Below, in pieces: positions 9,297-18,035 of a stretch of DNA of 64,000 bases. Both the position numbers and the translations under genes were made by a program. How positions within the stretch are numbered: position 1 is the stretch's first letter; every line of letters begins with the position of its first letter. Below the pieces are notes generated by a model. The model had not been told where the DNA came from and ran no database searches. It saw nothing but the letters and a program-made list of their open reading frames with translations. This DNA is from Planctomycetaceae bacterium (lineage in GTDB: Bacteria; Planctomycetota; Planctomycetia; Planctomycetales; Planctomycetaceae). The stretch is taken from NCBI GenBank assembly GCA_046160425.1, contig JBJXGP010000363.1:1061-65060 (forward strand), read 5' to 3'.

Positions 9297-11141
9297 ATGG
9301 GTTATCGAAATCTGCAGGAATGCGTTCGCGATCTCGAACGGACGGGGCAGCTCCGCCGCGTCGACGTCGAGATTGATGCGCACCTTGAGGCCGCCGCCAT
9401 CCAGCGCCGCGCCTATCAGGCCGATAGCCCCGCGATCCTGTTCACCCGCGTCAAGAATTGCAAGTTTCCATTGTTGTGCAATTTGTTCGGCACGAGGGAG
9501 CGAGCGCAGTTCATTTTTCGCGATGCGCTGGAAGCGGTTCGCCATCTGATCGAACTCAAAGCCGATCCTGGCGCGTTCGCCAGTCATCCCTGGAGATACC
9601 GCGACGTTCCCCGCTCGCTCTGGACGATGCGCCCTCGATTTGTCTCCCGCGGCCCGGTTCTCGATCAACAGACGACGCTCGATCAACTTCCGCCGCTGCA
9701 ATGCTGGCCAAAAGATGGCGGAGCCTTCATCACGTTGCCGCAGGTCTACACCGAGGATCCCGATCATCCCGGCTGGAGATTTTCGAATCTCGGCATGTAT
9801 CGCATCCAATTCACGGGCGGAGCGTATCAACCCAACCGCGAAGTCGGCCTGCATTATCAGATCCATCGGACTATCGGCGTACATCACGCGGCGGCGATCC
9901 GCAACGGAGAACGCCTGCGCGTCAACATTTTCATCGGCGGCTCCCCCGCGATGACGCTCGCCGCGGTCATGCCGCTCCCTGAAAATCTGACCGAGTTGAT
10001 GTTCGCCGGGGCGCTTTCCCGCCGACGGGTGGCCATGATCCGTCGAGGTAATGAACTGCCGATCGCCGCCGAGGCCGATTTCTGCATTTCGGGAACCATC
10101 GATCCCGCACGGGTCTTGCCGGAAGGTCCGTTCGGAGATCACCTCGGTTATTACAGCTTGCAACATGATTTTCCCGTCATACAAGTCGATAAGGTCTATC
10201 ATCGCCGCGACGCCATCTGGCTGTTTACTTCAGTCGGACGTCCGCCGCAGGAAGACACCGTCTTCGGGGAGTTGATTCACGATCTCACCGGGCCGGCGAT
10301 CCCGACGGTTCTCCCCGGCATCAAAGCGGTGCATGCTGTCGATGCGGCGGGAGTCCATCCTCTGCTGCTCGCCATCGGCAGCGAACGCTATGTGCCGTAT
10401 GCCTCGGTCCGTCAGCCGCAGGAATTGCTGACGCAAGCCAATGCGATTCTCGGTCAGGGACAGCTCTCACTCGCGAAGTACCTGCTGATCGCCGCTCAAG
10501 AAGATGATCAGCAGCTCGATATTCACGACATCGGTCGATTTTTCCGGCACATTCTCGAACGGATCGACTGGAGCAGGGATCTCCACTTTCAGACGAGAAC
10601 GACGATCGATACGCTCGATTACACGGGGACCGGATTGAACGAAGGCTCAAAAGTCGTTTTCGCAGCAGCGGGACCGAAACGCCGCGAACTCGCGACCGAA
10701 CTGCCGGCGAATTTTTCGCTCCCCAACGGCTTTTGCGAACCGGCGATCTGTCAACCTGGGATTCTCGCCGTCACGGCTCCGCGCTGGTCACACTCATCGT
10801 TGAACGGCGTCGAAATGTCCATCGAGCAATTCACGAAACATCTCGATGCGCAGCATCCGATCAATCGATTTCCACTGATCGTGCTGGTCGATGACAGCCG
10901 TTTCACCGCCGAGTCGCTGTATAACTTCTTGTGGGTCACATTCACCCGTTCGAATCCGGCCTCCGACATTCACGGTATTGATTCATTTATTGAACAGAAA
11001 CATTGGGGCTGTCGCGGCTCGCTGATCATCGACGCCCGGATCAAGCCGCATCACGCCCCGCCCCTGGAAGAAGATCTCGCTGTGTTGAAGAAAATCGAAG
11101 CGTTGGCCGTTCGTGGCGGACCGCTGAAAGGATTGATCTGA
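9297..11141 (+). CDS. UbiD-family decarboxylase
   Basis: MGYRNLQECVRDLERTGQLRRVDVEIDAHLEAAAIQRR... and ...YRIQ...GLHYQIHR... are typical UbiD-family blocks. About 614 aa from ATG 9297. Confidence 0.75.
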   Translation: MGYRNLQECVRDLERTGQLRRVDVEIDAHLEAAAIQRRAYQADSPAILFTRVKNCKFPLLCNLFGTRERAQFIFRDALEAVRHLIELKADPGAFASHPWRYRDVPRSLWTMRPRFVSRGPVLDQQTTLDQLPPLQCWPKDGGAFITLPQVYTEDPDHPGWRFSNLGMYRIQFTGGAYQPNREVGLHYQIHRTIGVHHAAAIRNGERLRVNIFIGGSPAMTLAAVMPLPENLTELMFAGALSRRRVAMIRRGNELPIAAEADFCISGTIDPARVLPEGPFGDHLGYYSLQHDFPVIQVDKVYHRRDAIWLFTSVGRPPQEDTVFGELIHDLTGPAIPTVLPGIKAVHAVDAAGVHPLLLAIGSERYVPYASVRQPQELLTQANAILGQGQLSLAKYLLIAAQEDDQQLDIHDIGRFFRHILERIDWSRDLHFQTRTTIDTLDYTGTGLNEGSKVVFAAAGPKRRELATELPANFSLPNGFCEPAICQPGILAVTAPRWSHSSLNGVEMSIEQFTKHLDAQHPINRFPLIVLVDDSRFTAESLYNFLWVTFTRSNPASDIHGIDSFIEQKHWGCRGSLIIDARIKPHHAPPLEEDLAVLKKIEALAVRGGPLKGLI

Positions 11142-11379
11142 CTGCGGGGCGAATCCGCCACATTCTGCTTGACACGATTTCGTACCAGACCGATAGTATC
11201 CATCCTCAGGAATCAACATAGGAACAGAGAATAGCCGCGAAAAACGCGAAAGGACGCAAGAAAATTAATGAATAGACTGTTCAATGACGGATCCGAATAC
11301 GTTTCTTCTTTTTTGATATTTTGTGTTTTTCGCGGCCATCCTCACACATCTTCTCTTTGGAAATCTGACACTCTCAATC

Positions 11380-12270
11380 ATGCAAACCATCCGCATTGCC
11401 GCCGTGAGTATGAATAGCCCGCTGGGTCAGCGAGAGCAGACGCTGGCGAAGATGAACGATTATTGTCGTGAAGCCTCTCAGGCGGGGGCCGAGTTGATCC
11501 TCTTCCCCGAACTGGTCGTGCATGGTCATTGCACGCCGAATACGTGGGAAGTCGCCGAACCGGCTCCCGACGGCCCGAGCGTCGAACGGCTATGTACGAT
11601 GGCTCGCGAACACCGAATGTTCATTTCGTTCGGTATGAGCGAAAAAGAACGGGAAATCGTCTTCAACACGCAAGTTCTCGTCGGCCCGGAAGGTTACATC
11701 GGCAAGCAACGCAAAATTCACCTCTCGCGCGACGAAACGTTTTTCTACAAGGGGGGGAAAGAGTTGCCGGTTTTCGATATCGGCAAATGCAAAGTCGGTA
11801 CGGTGATCTGTTACGACAATCAGTTTCCGGAACTCGCCCGCATTCTCACGCTTCGCGGTGCCGAAGTGATTCTGATGCCGCACGCCGCCAGAGAAGGGAT
11901 GTGGCACGACGCGGAATCCGAAACTCGCGCCCGGAAAAAAGTCTTCAATTATTTCAGCAGCTACGCAATGCGAGCGAGAGAAAATGCCACGTACTGCATC
12001 TACTCAGATCAAGCGGGGAAAGCTGGTATCGTCGACATGTATCCCGCCGATCACTTCAATCAGCCGAATCATCCCGGCGGCGCGATCATATTCGCTCCCA
12101 ACGGGGAGATCGTCGAACACACGCAACTCGAGCGCATTCAGGATGAAATGCTGATCGTCGATCTCGAAGCGAAACCGCTCATCGCCGCCCGCAGTCATCC
12201 GAACTTTACGATTCGCAACCGTCGTCCCGAATTGTTCGGGGAACTCGTGCAAGAACAGGTGACTTGGTGA
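11380..12270 (+). CDS. carbon-nitrogen hydrolase (nitrilase superfamily) protein
   Basis: MQTIRIAAVSMNS...AELILFPE (Glu)...KIHL (Lys)...VICYD (Cys): the Glu-Lys-Cys triad context of nitrilase-superfamily enzymes. Confidence 0.8.
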   Translation: MQTIRIAAVSMNSPLGQREQTLAKMNDYCREASQAGAELILFPELVVHGHCTPNTWEVAEPAPDGPSVERLCTMAREHRMFISFGMSEKEREIVFNTQVLVGPEGYIGKQRKIHLSRDETFFYKGGKELPVFDIGKCKVGTVICYDNQFPELARILTLRGAEVILMPHAAREGMWHDAESETRARKKVFNYFSSYAMRARENATYCIYSDQAGKAGIVDMYPADHFNQPNHPGGAIIFAPNGEIVEHTQLERIQDEMLIVDLEAKPLIAARSHPNFTIRNRRPELFGELVQEQVTW

Positions 12271-12704
12271 ATAAAGCGTTTCTCAAAGAACCGGACGCCC
12301 TTGATGCCCGTTGCCCGCGCTGCGGCACGATCGGACAATCGGTCGGCCAGGCGACGCTGCAAGCTCATTTGCCGCCGGAAGCTCTGCTCAACATTGCGGA
12401 GTCTGCCTGGTTCTGTCCGACGCCCCGTTGTGCCGTCGCCTATTACGACTTGTTCGAACGAGTCGTCGAGACTTCGGCGTTATTCCACCCGGTCTATCCG
12501 AAAGATCCCACAGCGCCGATCTGCTCCTGTTTCGGCTTGACCGAAGCCGACATCGACGCCGACATCGCCGAAGGAGTCGTCACCCGCACCCGAGCCGCGG
12601 TCGAACAGTCAAAGTCCGACAAAGCCCAATGCACCATCAAATCCCCCCACGGCCAATCCTGCGTCGCCATCGTGCAGGGGTATTATTTGAAGAACCGCAA
12701 GTAA
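12267..12704 (+). CDS. Cys-rich metal-binding protein: N-terminal zinc-ribbon-like CxxC...CxxxxC plus C-terminal BFD-like [2Fe-2S] motif
   Basis: CPRCG...CPTPRC, then ICSCFGLTEADI...CTIKSPHGQSC (a CxC...Cx8C pattern as in BFD-like [2Fe-2S] domains and the CopZ N-terminal domain). The GTG start overlaps the nitrilase TGA (GTGA). Confidence 0.55.
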   Translation: MNKAFLKEPDALDARCPRCGTIGQSVGQATLQAHLPPEALLNIAESAWFCPTPRCAVAYYDLFERVVETSALFHPVYPKDPTAPICSCFGLTEADIDADIAEGVVTRTRAAVEQSKSDKAQCTIKSPHGQSCVAIVQGYYLKNRK

Positions 12705-12865
12705 TAAGAAGAGCAGCACTAAAACTGATAGGGAGATCGGGGATGGGGAGATAGGGAGACAAGAAGTTCAATTCCGAATTCCAGATGTTCTTATCTCCCG
12801 ATCACCCCATCTCCCCATCCCCCAACCACTCGACCACTCGACCACGCTATCGGACAATAAAGCAA

Positions 12866-14023
12866 ATGGACCTGATCGCTACCAGTAGTTTTGGACTTGA
12901 AGCCGTCGTTTCGCGTGAACTGGAAGCGCTCGGGTATGGCGAACAGCAGACCGAAGATGGCCGTGTTTTTTTTCAGGGAGACGAACGGGCCATCTGCCGG
13001 ACGAATCTCTGGCTGCGCAGCGCCGATCGCGTCACAATTTGTCTCGGACGATTCCCGGCGAATGACTTCGGCGAACTGTTCGATCAGACGCGCGAACTGC
13101 CCTGGACCGACTGGCTCCCCAAGGATGCGGCCTTTCCGGTGCGCGGCAAATCGGTTCGTTCGCAGTTGCACTCCGTCCCCGACTGTCAGGCGATCGTCAA
13201 GAAAGCCATCGTCTCCGCCATGCAGGATCGTTATCATCTCGAGCGATTTCCAGAAACAGGAGCGGTCTACTCCGTCGAGGTCGCGATGCTCAAGGACATG
13301 GCGACGATCACTCTCGACACAACCGGCGCCGGACTGCACAAACGCGGATACCGTACCTGGATCGGAGCGGCCCCTCTCAAGGAAACACTGGCTGCGGCAC
13401 TGGTGCAGTTGAGTTACTGGAATCCCAATCGGCATCTGTGGGATCCCTGTTGCGGTTCGGGGACGATCCCGATCGAAGCGGCTCTCATCGGCCGCAATAT
13501 GGCCCCCGGCATGAACCGCGATTTCGCCGCCGAGAGCTGGCCGCGACTCCCGGCAAAACTCTGGAAGGACGTCCGCCACGAAGCCCGCGAATTGATCCGC
13601 CCGCGCGGGACGGGAGAAATCCTCGGCACCGACCAGGACGCCGACATCATCGCCAAAGCCCGTCGGCATGCACAACAGGCGGGAGTCGCCGACAACATCG
13701 TCTTCGAGCATCGGGCGTTCGAGAAATCGAAACCCCGCTATCCTTACGGCGTGATGATCACGAATCCCCCGTATGGCGAGCGGATGGGCGACGATGAAAC
13801 CGTCGAACAACTTTATCGCCGCATGGGAGACATGTTCAACGCCGAAGAGACCTGGTCGTGGTATGTTCTGTCGGGGTCTCCCCGATTCGAGCAACTGGCA
13901 AACCGAACCGCCACGCGACGGCGAAAACTGTACAACGGCCGGATCGAATGCACGTACTATCAATTCGCCGGTCCTCGCCCACCGCGACCGGCGACGGACA
14001 CGCCACAGGATCAACGCTCATGA
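12866..14023 (+). CDS. THUMP-domain class I SAM-dependent RNA methyltransferase (RlmL/YpsC-like)
   Basis: MDLIATSSFGLEAVVSRELEALGY (THUMP N-terminus)...DPCCGSGTIPIEAA...ITNPPYGERMG (N6/N2 methyltransferase NPPY motif). Confidence 0.85.
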   Translation: MDLIATSSFGLEAVVSRELEALGYGEQQTEDGRVFFQGDERAICRTNLWLRSADRVTICLGRFPANDFGELFDQTRELPWTDWLPKDAAFPVRGKSVRSQLHSVPDCQAIVKKAIVSAMQDRYHLERFPETGAVYSVEVAMLKDMATITLDTTGAGLHKRGYRTWIGAAPLKETLAAALVQLSYWNPNRHLWDPCCGSGTIPIEAALIGRNMAPGMNRDFAAESWPRLPAKLWKDVRHEARELIRPRGTGEILGTDQDADIIAKARRHAQQAGVADNIVFEHRAFEKSKPRYPYGVMITNPPYGERMGDDETVEQLYRRMGDMFNAEETWSWYVLSGSPRFEQLANRTATRRRKLYNGRIECTYYQFAGPRPPRPATDTPQDQRS

Positions 14024-14562
14024 AACAACACGGCCCCTGGACTATTCGCGAGACGAAAACGGTTTATCGCGATCCGTGGATTGGCGTTACCTGCGACGAC
14101 GTGTTACGTCCGGACGGCAAGCCGGGAACGTTTTCGGTCGTCCATTTGAAACCGGGCGTGTCGGTTCTCGCCATCGATGACCGGCAGACTGTCTATCTTA
14201 CGAAAGAATTTCATTACGCCGTCGGGCGGGTGACCATCGAATGTGTCAGCGGCGGGATCGAAGAGGGAGAAGCTGCCGCGACGTCGGCCGAGCGCGAACT
14301 GCATGAAGAGCTGGGACTGACGGCGAAAACATGGACGAAACTCGGTACATGCGATCCATTCACTTCGAGCGTTCTCTCGCCGACGCAACTTTATCTCGCA
14401 GAAGACTTGCAGATGGTCGAAGCACAACCGGAGGGGACGGAATTGATCGAACGCGTTGCGTTTTCGTTGACGGAAGCCGTGAATATGGTCTTGCAAAGCG
14501 AAATCACCCACGCCCCCAGTTGCCTCGCCATCCTGCTGACCGCTAGACGGCTGGGGCTGTGA
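14020..14562 (+). CDS. NUDIX hydrolase
   Basis: GGIEEGEAAATSAERELHEELGL is a Nudix box (GX5EX7REUXEEXGU). ATG 14020 overlaps the upstream TGA (ATGA). Confidence 0.85.
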   Translation: MKQHGPWTIRETKTVYRDPWIGVTCDDVLRPDGKPGTFSVVHLKPGVSVLAIDDRQTVYLTKEFHYAVGRVTIECVSGGIEEGEAAATSAERELHEELGLTAKTWTKLGTCDPFTSSVLSPTQLYLAEDLQMVEAQPEGTELIERVAFSLTEAVNMVLQSEITHAPSCLAILLTARRLGL

Positions 14563-14580
14563 TGAATAGCATGTGCGGCA

Positions 14581-14650
14581 GTGAGGCCGGCGCAAGTACG
14601 AAGGGTATCCGGGACAGCTTTGTGTCCCGGTCGCGCAGCGACAAGAGGTC
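14581..14650 (-). repeat. intergenic repeat family C (double hairpin), copy 1
   Basis: The reverse complement is GACCTCTTGTCGCTGCGCGACCGGGACACAAAGCTGTCCCGGATACCCT..., which matches 20441..20488 at about 44 of 48 positions. It lies just after the NUDIX stop. Confidence 0.75.
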
Positions 14651-14731
14651 AACGTATCATAACCCGAAGCTGTCAAGAGACTTTCTCCCTGCGGAGAGAA
14701 GAAAATAGGAACCGAGAAAGCAGCAATACAT

Positions 14732-15616
14732 ATGTCGGCGAAATTGGAATCTGATTACCAGAGACGCGTCTCTGCTGTGGAAGAGACGCGATACTTGCCG
14801 GGGACGTCGATCGAAATCATTCACGACTGGCCGGCATCCGCTCGGCCAACGCATGCTATCTTCGATTTCGATGGGACGATCAGTCTCGTGCGTGAAGGCT
14901 GGCCGCAGATTATGGTCCCGATGATGGTGGAAATCCTCCAGGATACGGGGACCGACGAATCCTCCGACCAACTCGAGAAAATCACGTTGTCGTTCGTCAT
15001 GGAACTGTGCGGAAAGCAGACGATTTATCAAATGATCCGTCTTGCTGAAGAAGTCGAAAGGCGGGGTAAAAAGGCGGAAGACCCGCTCGTCTATAAGCAT
15101 CGTTATCTCGACGCCCTCCATGCCCGCATTCGTTCCCGCCGCGAAGGACTCGACCGCGGCACGATTTCACCCGCGGAATTGCTCATCCCTTACGCGAATG
15201 AGTTACTCGAAGAACTGCATCGGCGAGGGGTCCAGATGTTTCTCGCCAGCGGCACCGAAGTGGAGGATGTCCGCGAAGAAGCCCGACTACTGCAAGTCGA
15301 TCGGTATTTCGGTCCGCATATTTATGGAGCGATCGACAACTACCAGAATTTTTCCAAGCAAATGGTGATCGAACAAATTCTGCGGGACAATCAACTGTCG
15401 GGGTCTCAGCTCATCGGTTTTGGCGACGGTTATGTCGAAATCGACAACGTCAAGCAGGCGGGAGGTCTCGCGATCGCCGTCGCCAGCGATGAAACCAACC
15501 GCAGCGGCAAACCCGACCTCTGGAAACGCGACCGCCTGCTCGGCGTCGGTGCAGACGTCGTCATCCCCGATTTCCAGGACTACAAACCGTTGTGCGAATG
15601 GATCTGGCAACGATAA
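14732..15616 (+). CDS. HAD-superfamily hydrolase
   Basis: AIFDFDGTISLVREGW (DxDGT motif I)...LASGT...GFGDGYVE (motif IV-like). Confidence 0.75.
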   Translation: MSAKLESDYQRRVSAVEETRYLPGTSIEIIHDWPASARPTHAIFDFDGTISLVREGWPQIMVPMMVEILQDTGTDESSDQLEKITLSFVMELCGKQTIYQMIRLAEEVERRGKKAEDPLVYKHRYLDALHARIRSRREGLDRGTISPAELLIPYANELLEELHRRGVQMFLASGTEVEDVREEARLLQVDRYFGPHIYGAIDNYQNFSKQMVIEQILRDNQLSGSQLIGFGDGYVEIDNVKQAGGLAIAVASDETNRSGKPDLWKRDRLLGVGADVVIPDFQDYKPLCEWIWQR

Positions 15617-15635
15617 CAACAAGTTTAGTTTCATT

Positions 15636-15735
15636 GCCACGGGCGGCTCGTCCGCCCGTGGCTCGAACATCAAATGACATTCGGCGAAGCAGAGCTTCGA
15701 AGACCGTGCGTCCCCAAGCAGAGCTTGGGGACGAG
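15636..15735 (+). repeat. composite intergenic repeat: hairpin A variant + double-hairpin B
   Basis: GCCACGGGCGGCTCGTCCGCCCGTGGC, then about 20 nt, then GGCGAAGCAGAGCTTCGAAGACCGTGCGTCCCCAAGCAGAGCTTGGGGACGAGG. It starts 20 nt after the HAD gene stop. Confidence 0.8.
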
Positions 15736-15743
15736 GAGTAAAA

Positions 15744-16715
15744 ATGCCCTTTCCGCAATTCGATCGCCGGCAATTGCGAATTCTGCCGTTACGCGAGCGC
15801 ATTCACGACATCCAACGCGAGCAAATTCTGAATTTGCCCGACGGTCCCCGCGTTCCCTTCTCGCATGAGGCGTTGCCCATCCTCGCCGACCGCATTGTGA
15901 CGGCAGCGAAGAACGACCGTTCGGTATTGTTCATCTGCGGAGCACATGTGCTCCGACAGGGGAATGCCGCTCTGCTGATCGACCTGATGCAGCGGGGATT
16001 GCTGAAACATCTCGCCCTCAACGGAGCCGGGGCGATTCACGACTTCGAACTCGCCATGATCGGACAAACCTGTGAAAGTGTCGCCAAATATGTAAGCGAA
16101 GGCCAATTCGGCTTGTGGCATGAGACTTCTCGGATCAACGACGCCGCGGCCGCCGGTCATCGCAACGGTATCGGATTGGGTGAAGCAATCGGACGGATGA
16201 TCGAAGAGGAAAAGTTTCCGTTTCGCGAAACGAGCGTGCTCGCGGCGGCGTACCGATTGCATGTCCCCGTTACGAGTCACGTGAGCATCGGACAGGACAT
16301 CGTTCACGAGCATCCGAATTTCGACGGCGCCGCCACCGGAGCAACCTCGTTCACCGATTTTCTGATCTTTACCGAAACCGTAACCAAACTCGAAGGGGGC
16401 GTCTTCCTCAACATCGGCACGGCCGTGATGGGGCCTGAGGTCTATCTCAAAGCGCTGGCGATGGCCCGCAATGTCGCGCATGCGAAAGGGGAAACGATCC
16501 GCAAGTTCACGACGGCGGTCTTCGATCTTCCCAATTTAGGAACCGATCTCTCTCACGAAGCCCCGAAGGACGACCCCCGCTACTATTTCCGCCCGTTCAA
16601 AACGATCCTCGTCCGGACCGTCGCTGACGGCGGAGAAAGTTACTACGTCCAGGGAGACCACAAACAAACGATCCCCGCGCTGTATGATTTGATCATGGAA
16701 CGCGCGGAAAAATGA
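15744..16715 (+). CDS. conserved hypothetical protein, possibly deoxyhypusine-synthase-like fold
   Basis: 323 aa. Blocks VLFICGAHVLRQGNAALLIDLMQRGLLKHLALNGAGAIHDFELAM, LHVPVTSHVSIGQDIVHEH and GVFLNIGTAVMGPEVYLKA line up by eye with conserved DHS-family blocks. I cannot see the catalytic Lys context. Confidence 0.35.
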   Translation: MPFPQFDRRQLRILPLRERIHDIQREQILNLPDGPRVPFSHEALPILADRIVTAAKNDRSVLFICGAHVLRQGNAALLIDLMQRGLLKHLALNGAGAIHDFELAMIGQTCESVAKYVSEGQFGLWHETSRINDAAAAGHRNGIGLGEAIGRMIEEEKFPFRETSVLAAAYRLHVPVTSHVSIGQDIVHEHPNFDGAATGATSFTDFLIFTETVTKLEGGVFLNIGTAVMGPEVYLKALAMARNVAHAKGETIRKFTTAVFDLPNLGTDLSHEAPKDDPRYYFRPFKTILVRTVADGGESYYVQGDHKQTIPALYDLIMERAEK

Positions 16716-16786
16716 AGACGATATGATCGACAGAGAACGCCGAGAGGCACAGAAAAATCAGGATCTATTTTCTGTCCTTCGGGTGG

Positions 16787-16887
16787 CACTGGCGGCTTGT
16801 CCGCCAGTGGAATGTAATATCGTTATACATTGTGCGAAGCAGAAGCTCTCGCTGACTTTCGTTCCCAAGCGGAGCTGGGGTACGACG
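16787..16887 (+). repeat. composite intergenic repeat: hairpin A + double-hairpin B
   Basis: CACTGGCGGCTTGTCCGCCAGTG ... GCGAAGCAGAAGCTCTCGCTGACTTTCGTTCCCAAGCGGAGCTGGGGTACGACG. It has the same order and orientation as the copies at 15636 and 52565. Confidence 0.8.
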
Positions 16888-16919
16888 TGAAAAAAAGTCT
16901 AACTCATTAAGTTGCCGGC

Positions 16920-17978
16920 ATGAAAACTTTCACTCCCCAACAGATGACGGCGGATCGATTGAGCGAATTGATCGAACGCTTTCCCTCTCGGCGGATTGCG
17001 GTCATCGGCGATTTCTTTCTCGATAAGTATCTCGATACCGATCCCCGCATCATCGAATCGAGCGTCGAGACCGGTCGGCATGCGCATCAGGTCGTGCAGA
17101 TTCGCCGCGCACCCGGCGTCGCGGGAACCGTCGTCAACAACCTGGCAAGCCTCGGGACGGGAACGATTTATACGCTCGGTGCGATCGGCGACGACGGCGA
17201 AGCCTTCGATCTGCGGCGATGTCTGACGCAACTCGGATGCCGCGTGGAAGGTCTGTTGCAGTTCGATTCGCTCATGACGCCGCAGTATCTCAAGCCCCGC
17301 AACATCACCGACCCGTCATTGAAGGGGGAACACGACCGTTACGACACCAAAAATCGCCGACCGATGCCCGCGGAGATCGGCGAGCGCGTGCTGGCGGCAC
17401 TCGATAAGGTGCTCCCCGAACTCGATGCCGTTATCATCTCCGATCAGGTCGAATACGACGATTGCGGCATCATCACCGCCGCGGTCCGTCACGGACTCAG
17501 CGAGCGTGCGCAACGTCATCCGCGCGTGATATTCTGGGTTGACAGCCGGACGCACATCAAGCATTTCCGTCACGTCCATATCAAACCCAATCAATTCGAA
17601 GCAGTCGATTTTCCCGCGCCGAAACCGGAAGACCGCATCTCCCTCGAACAGATCGAACAATCGCTGCCGCAACTGGCCGCCGATGCACGAGCACCGGTCT
17701 GCATCACGCTCGGTGAGCGGGGGATGTGCGTGAGCGATCCGGTTCCGACGCTGGTTCCGGGTGTTCGTGTCCCACCACTGATCGACTCGACGGGAGCAGG
17801 GGACAGCGCCACCGCCGGCTGCGTACTCGCCCTCGCCGCCGGTGCGAATCTTGCCGAGGGAGCGCTCGTCGGCAATCTGGTCGCCTCGATCACCGTGCAA
17901 CAACTCGCCGTCACGGGAACGGCGAAGCCGAGTGAACTGATTCCACGTCTACAGATGTGGAAAGAGCAACAGAGTTAG
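16920..17978 (+). CDS. PfkB-family carbohydrate kinase (RfaE/HldE domain-I-like)
   Basis: IAVIGDFFLDKYL... is an RfaE-like N-terminus. ...DSTGAGDSATAG... is the PfkB signature. No adenylyltransferase domain is attached. Confidence 0.75.
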   Translation: MKTFTPQQMTADRLSELIERFPSRRIAVIGDFFLDKYLDTDPRIIESSVETGRHAHQVVQIRRAPGVAGTVVNNLASLGTGTIYTLGAIGDDGEAFDLRRCLTQLGCRVEGLLQFDSLMTPQYLKPRNITDPSLKGEHDRYDTKNRRPMPAEIGERVLAALDKVLPELDAVIISDQVEYDDCGIITAAVRHGLSERAQRHPRVIFWVDSRTHIKHFRHVHIKPNQFEAVDFPAPKPEDRISLEQIEQSLPQLAADARAPVCITLGERGMCVSDPVPTLVPGVRVPPLIDSTGAGDSATAGCVLALAAGANLAEGALVGNLVASITVQQLAVTGTAKPSELIPRLQMWKEQQS

Positions 17979-18035
17979 ACGAAATCCAATCGATCGTTTA
18001 CAATTTCAGCGAAAGATGAATTTCGCTTTCTTGAA

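Noticed and set aside
11234-11337. 12-bp long-range inverted repeat (GCCGCGAAAAAC / GTTTTTCGCGGC) upstream of the nitrilase gene, considered as a riboswitch-like leader
   Set aside because: It is a single short stem with a ~80-nt unstructured-looking loop. It resembles no riboswitch class I know and could easily be chance.
15636-16887. Whether the recurring hairpin repeats could be a CRISPR array
   Set aside because: The copies are dispersed one per intergenic region and separated by whole genes, not by short unique spacers. No cas genes are present. They behave like REP/BIME-type elements instead.
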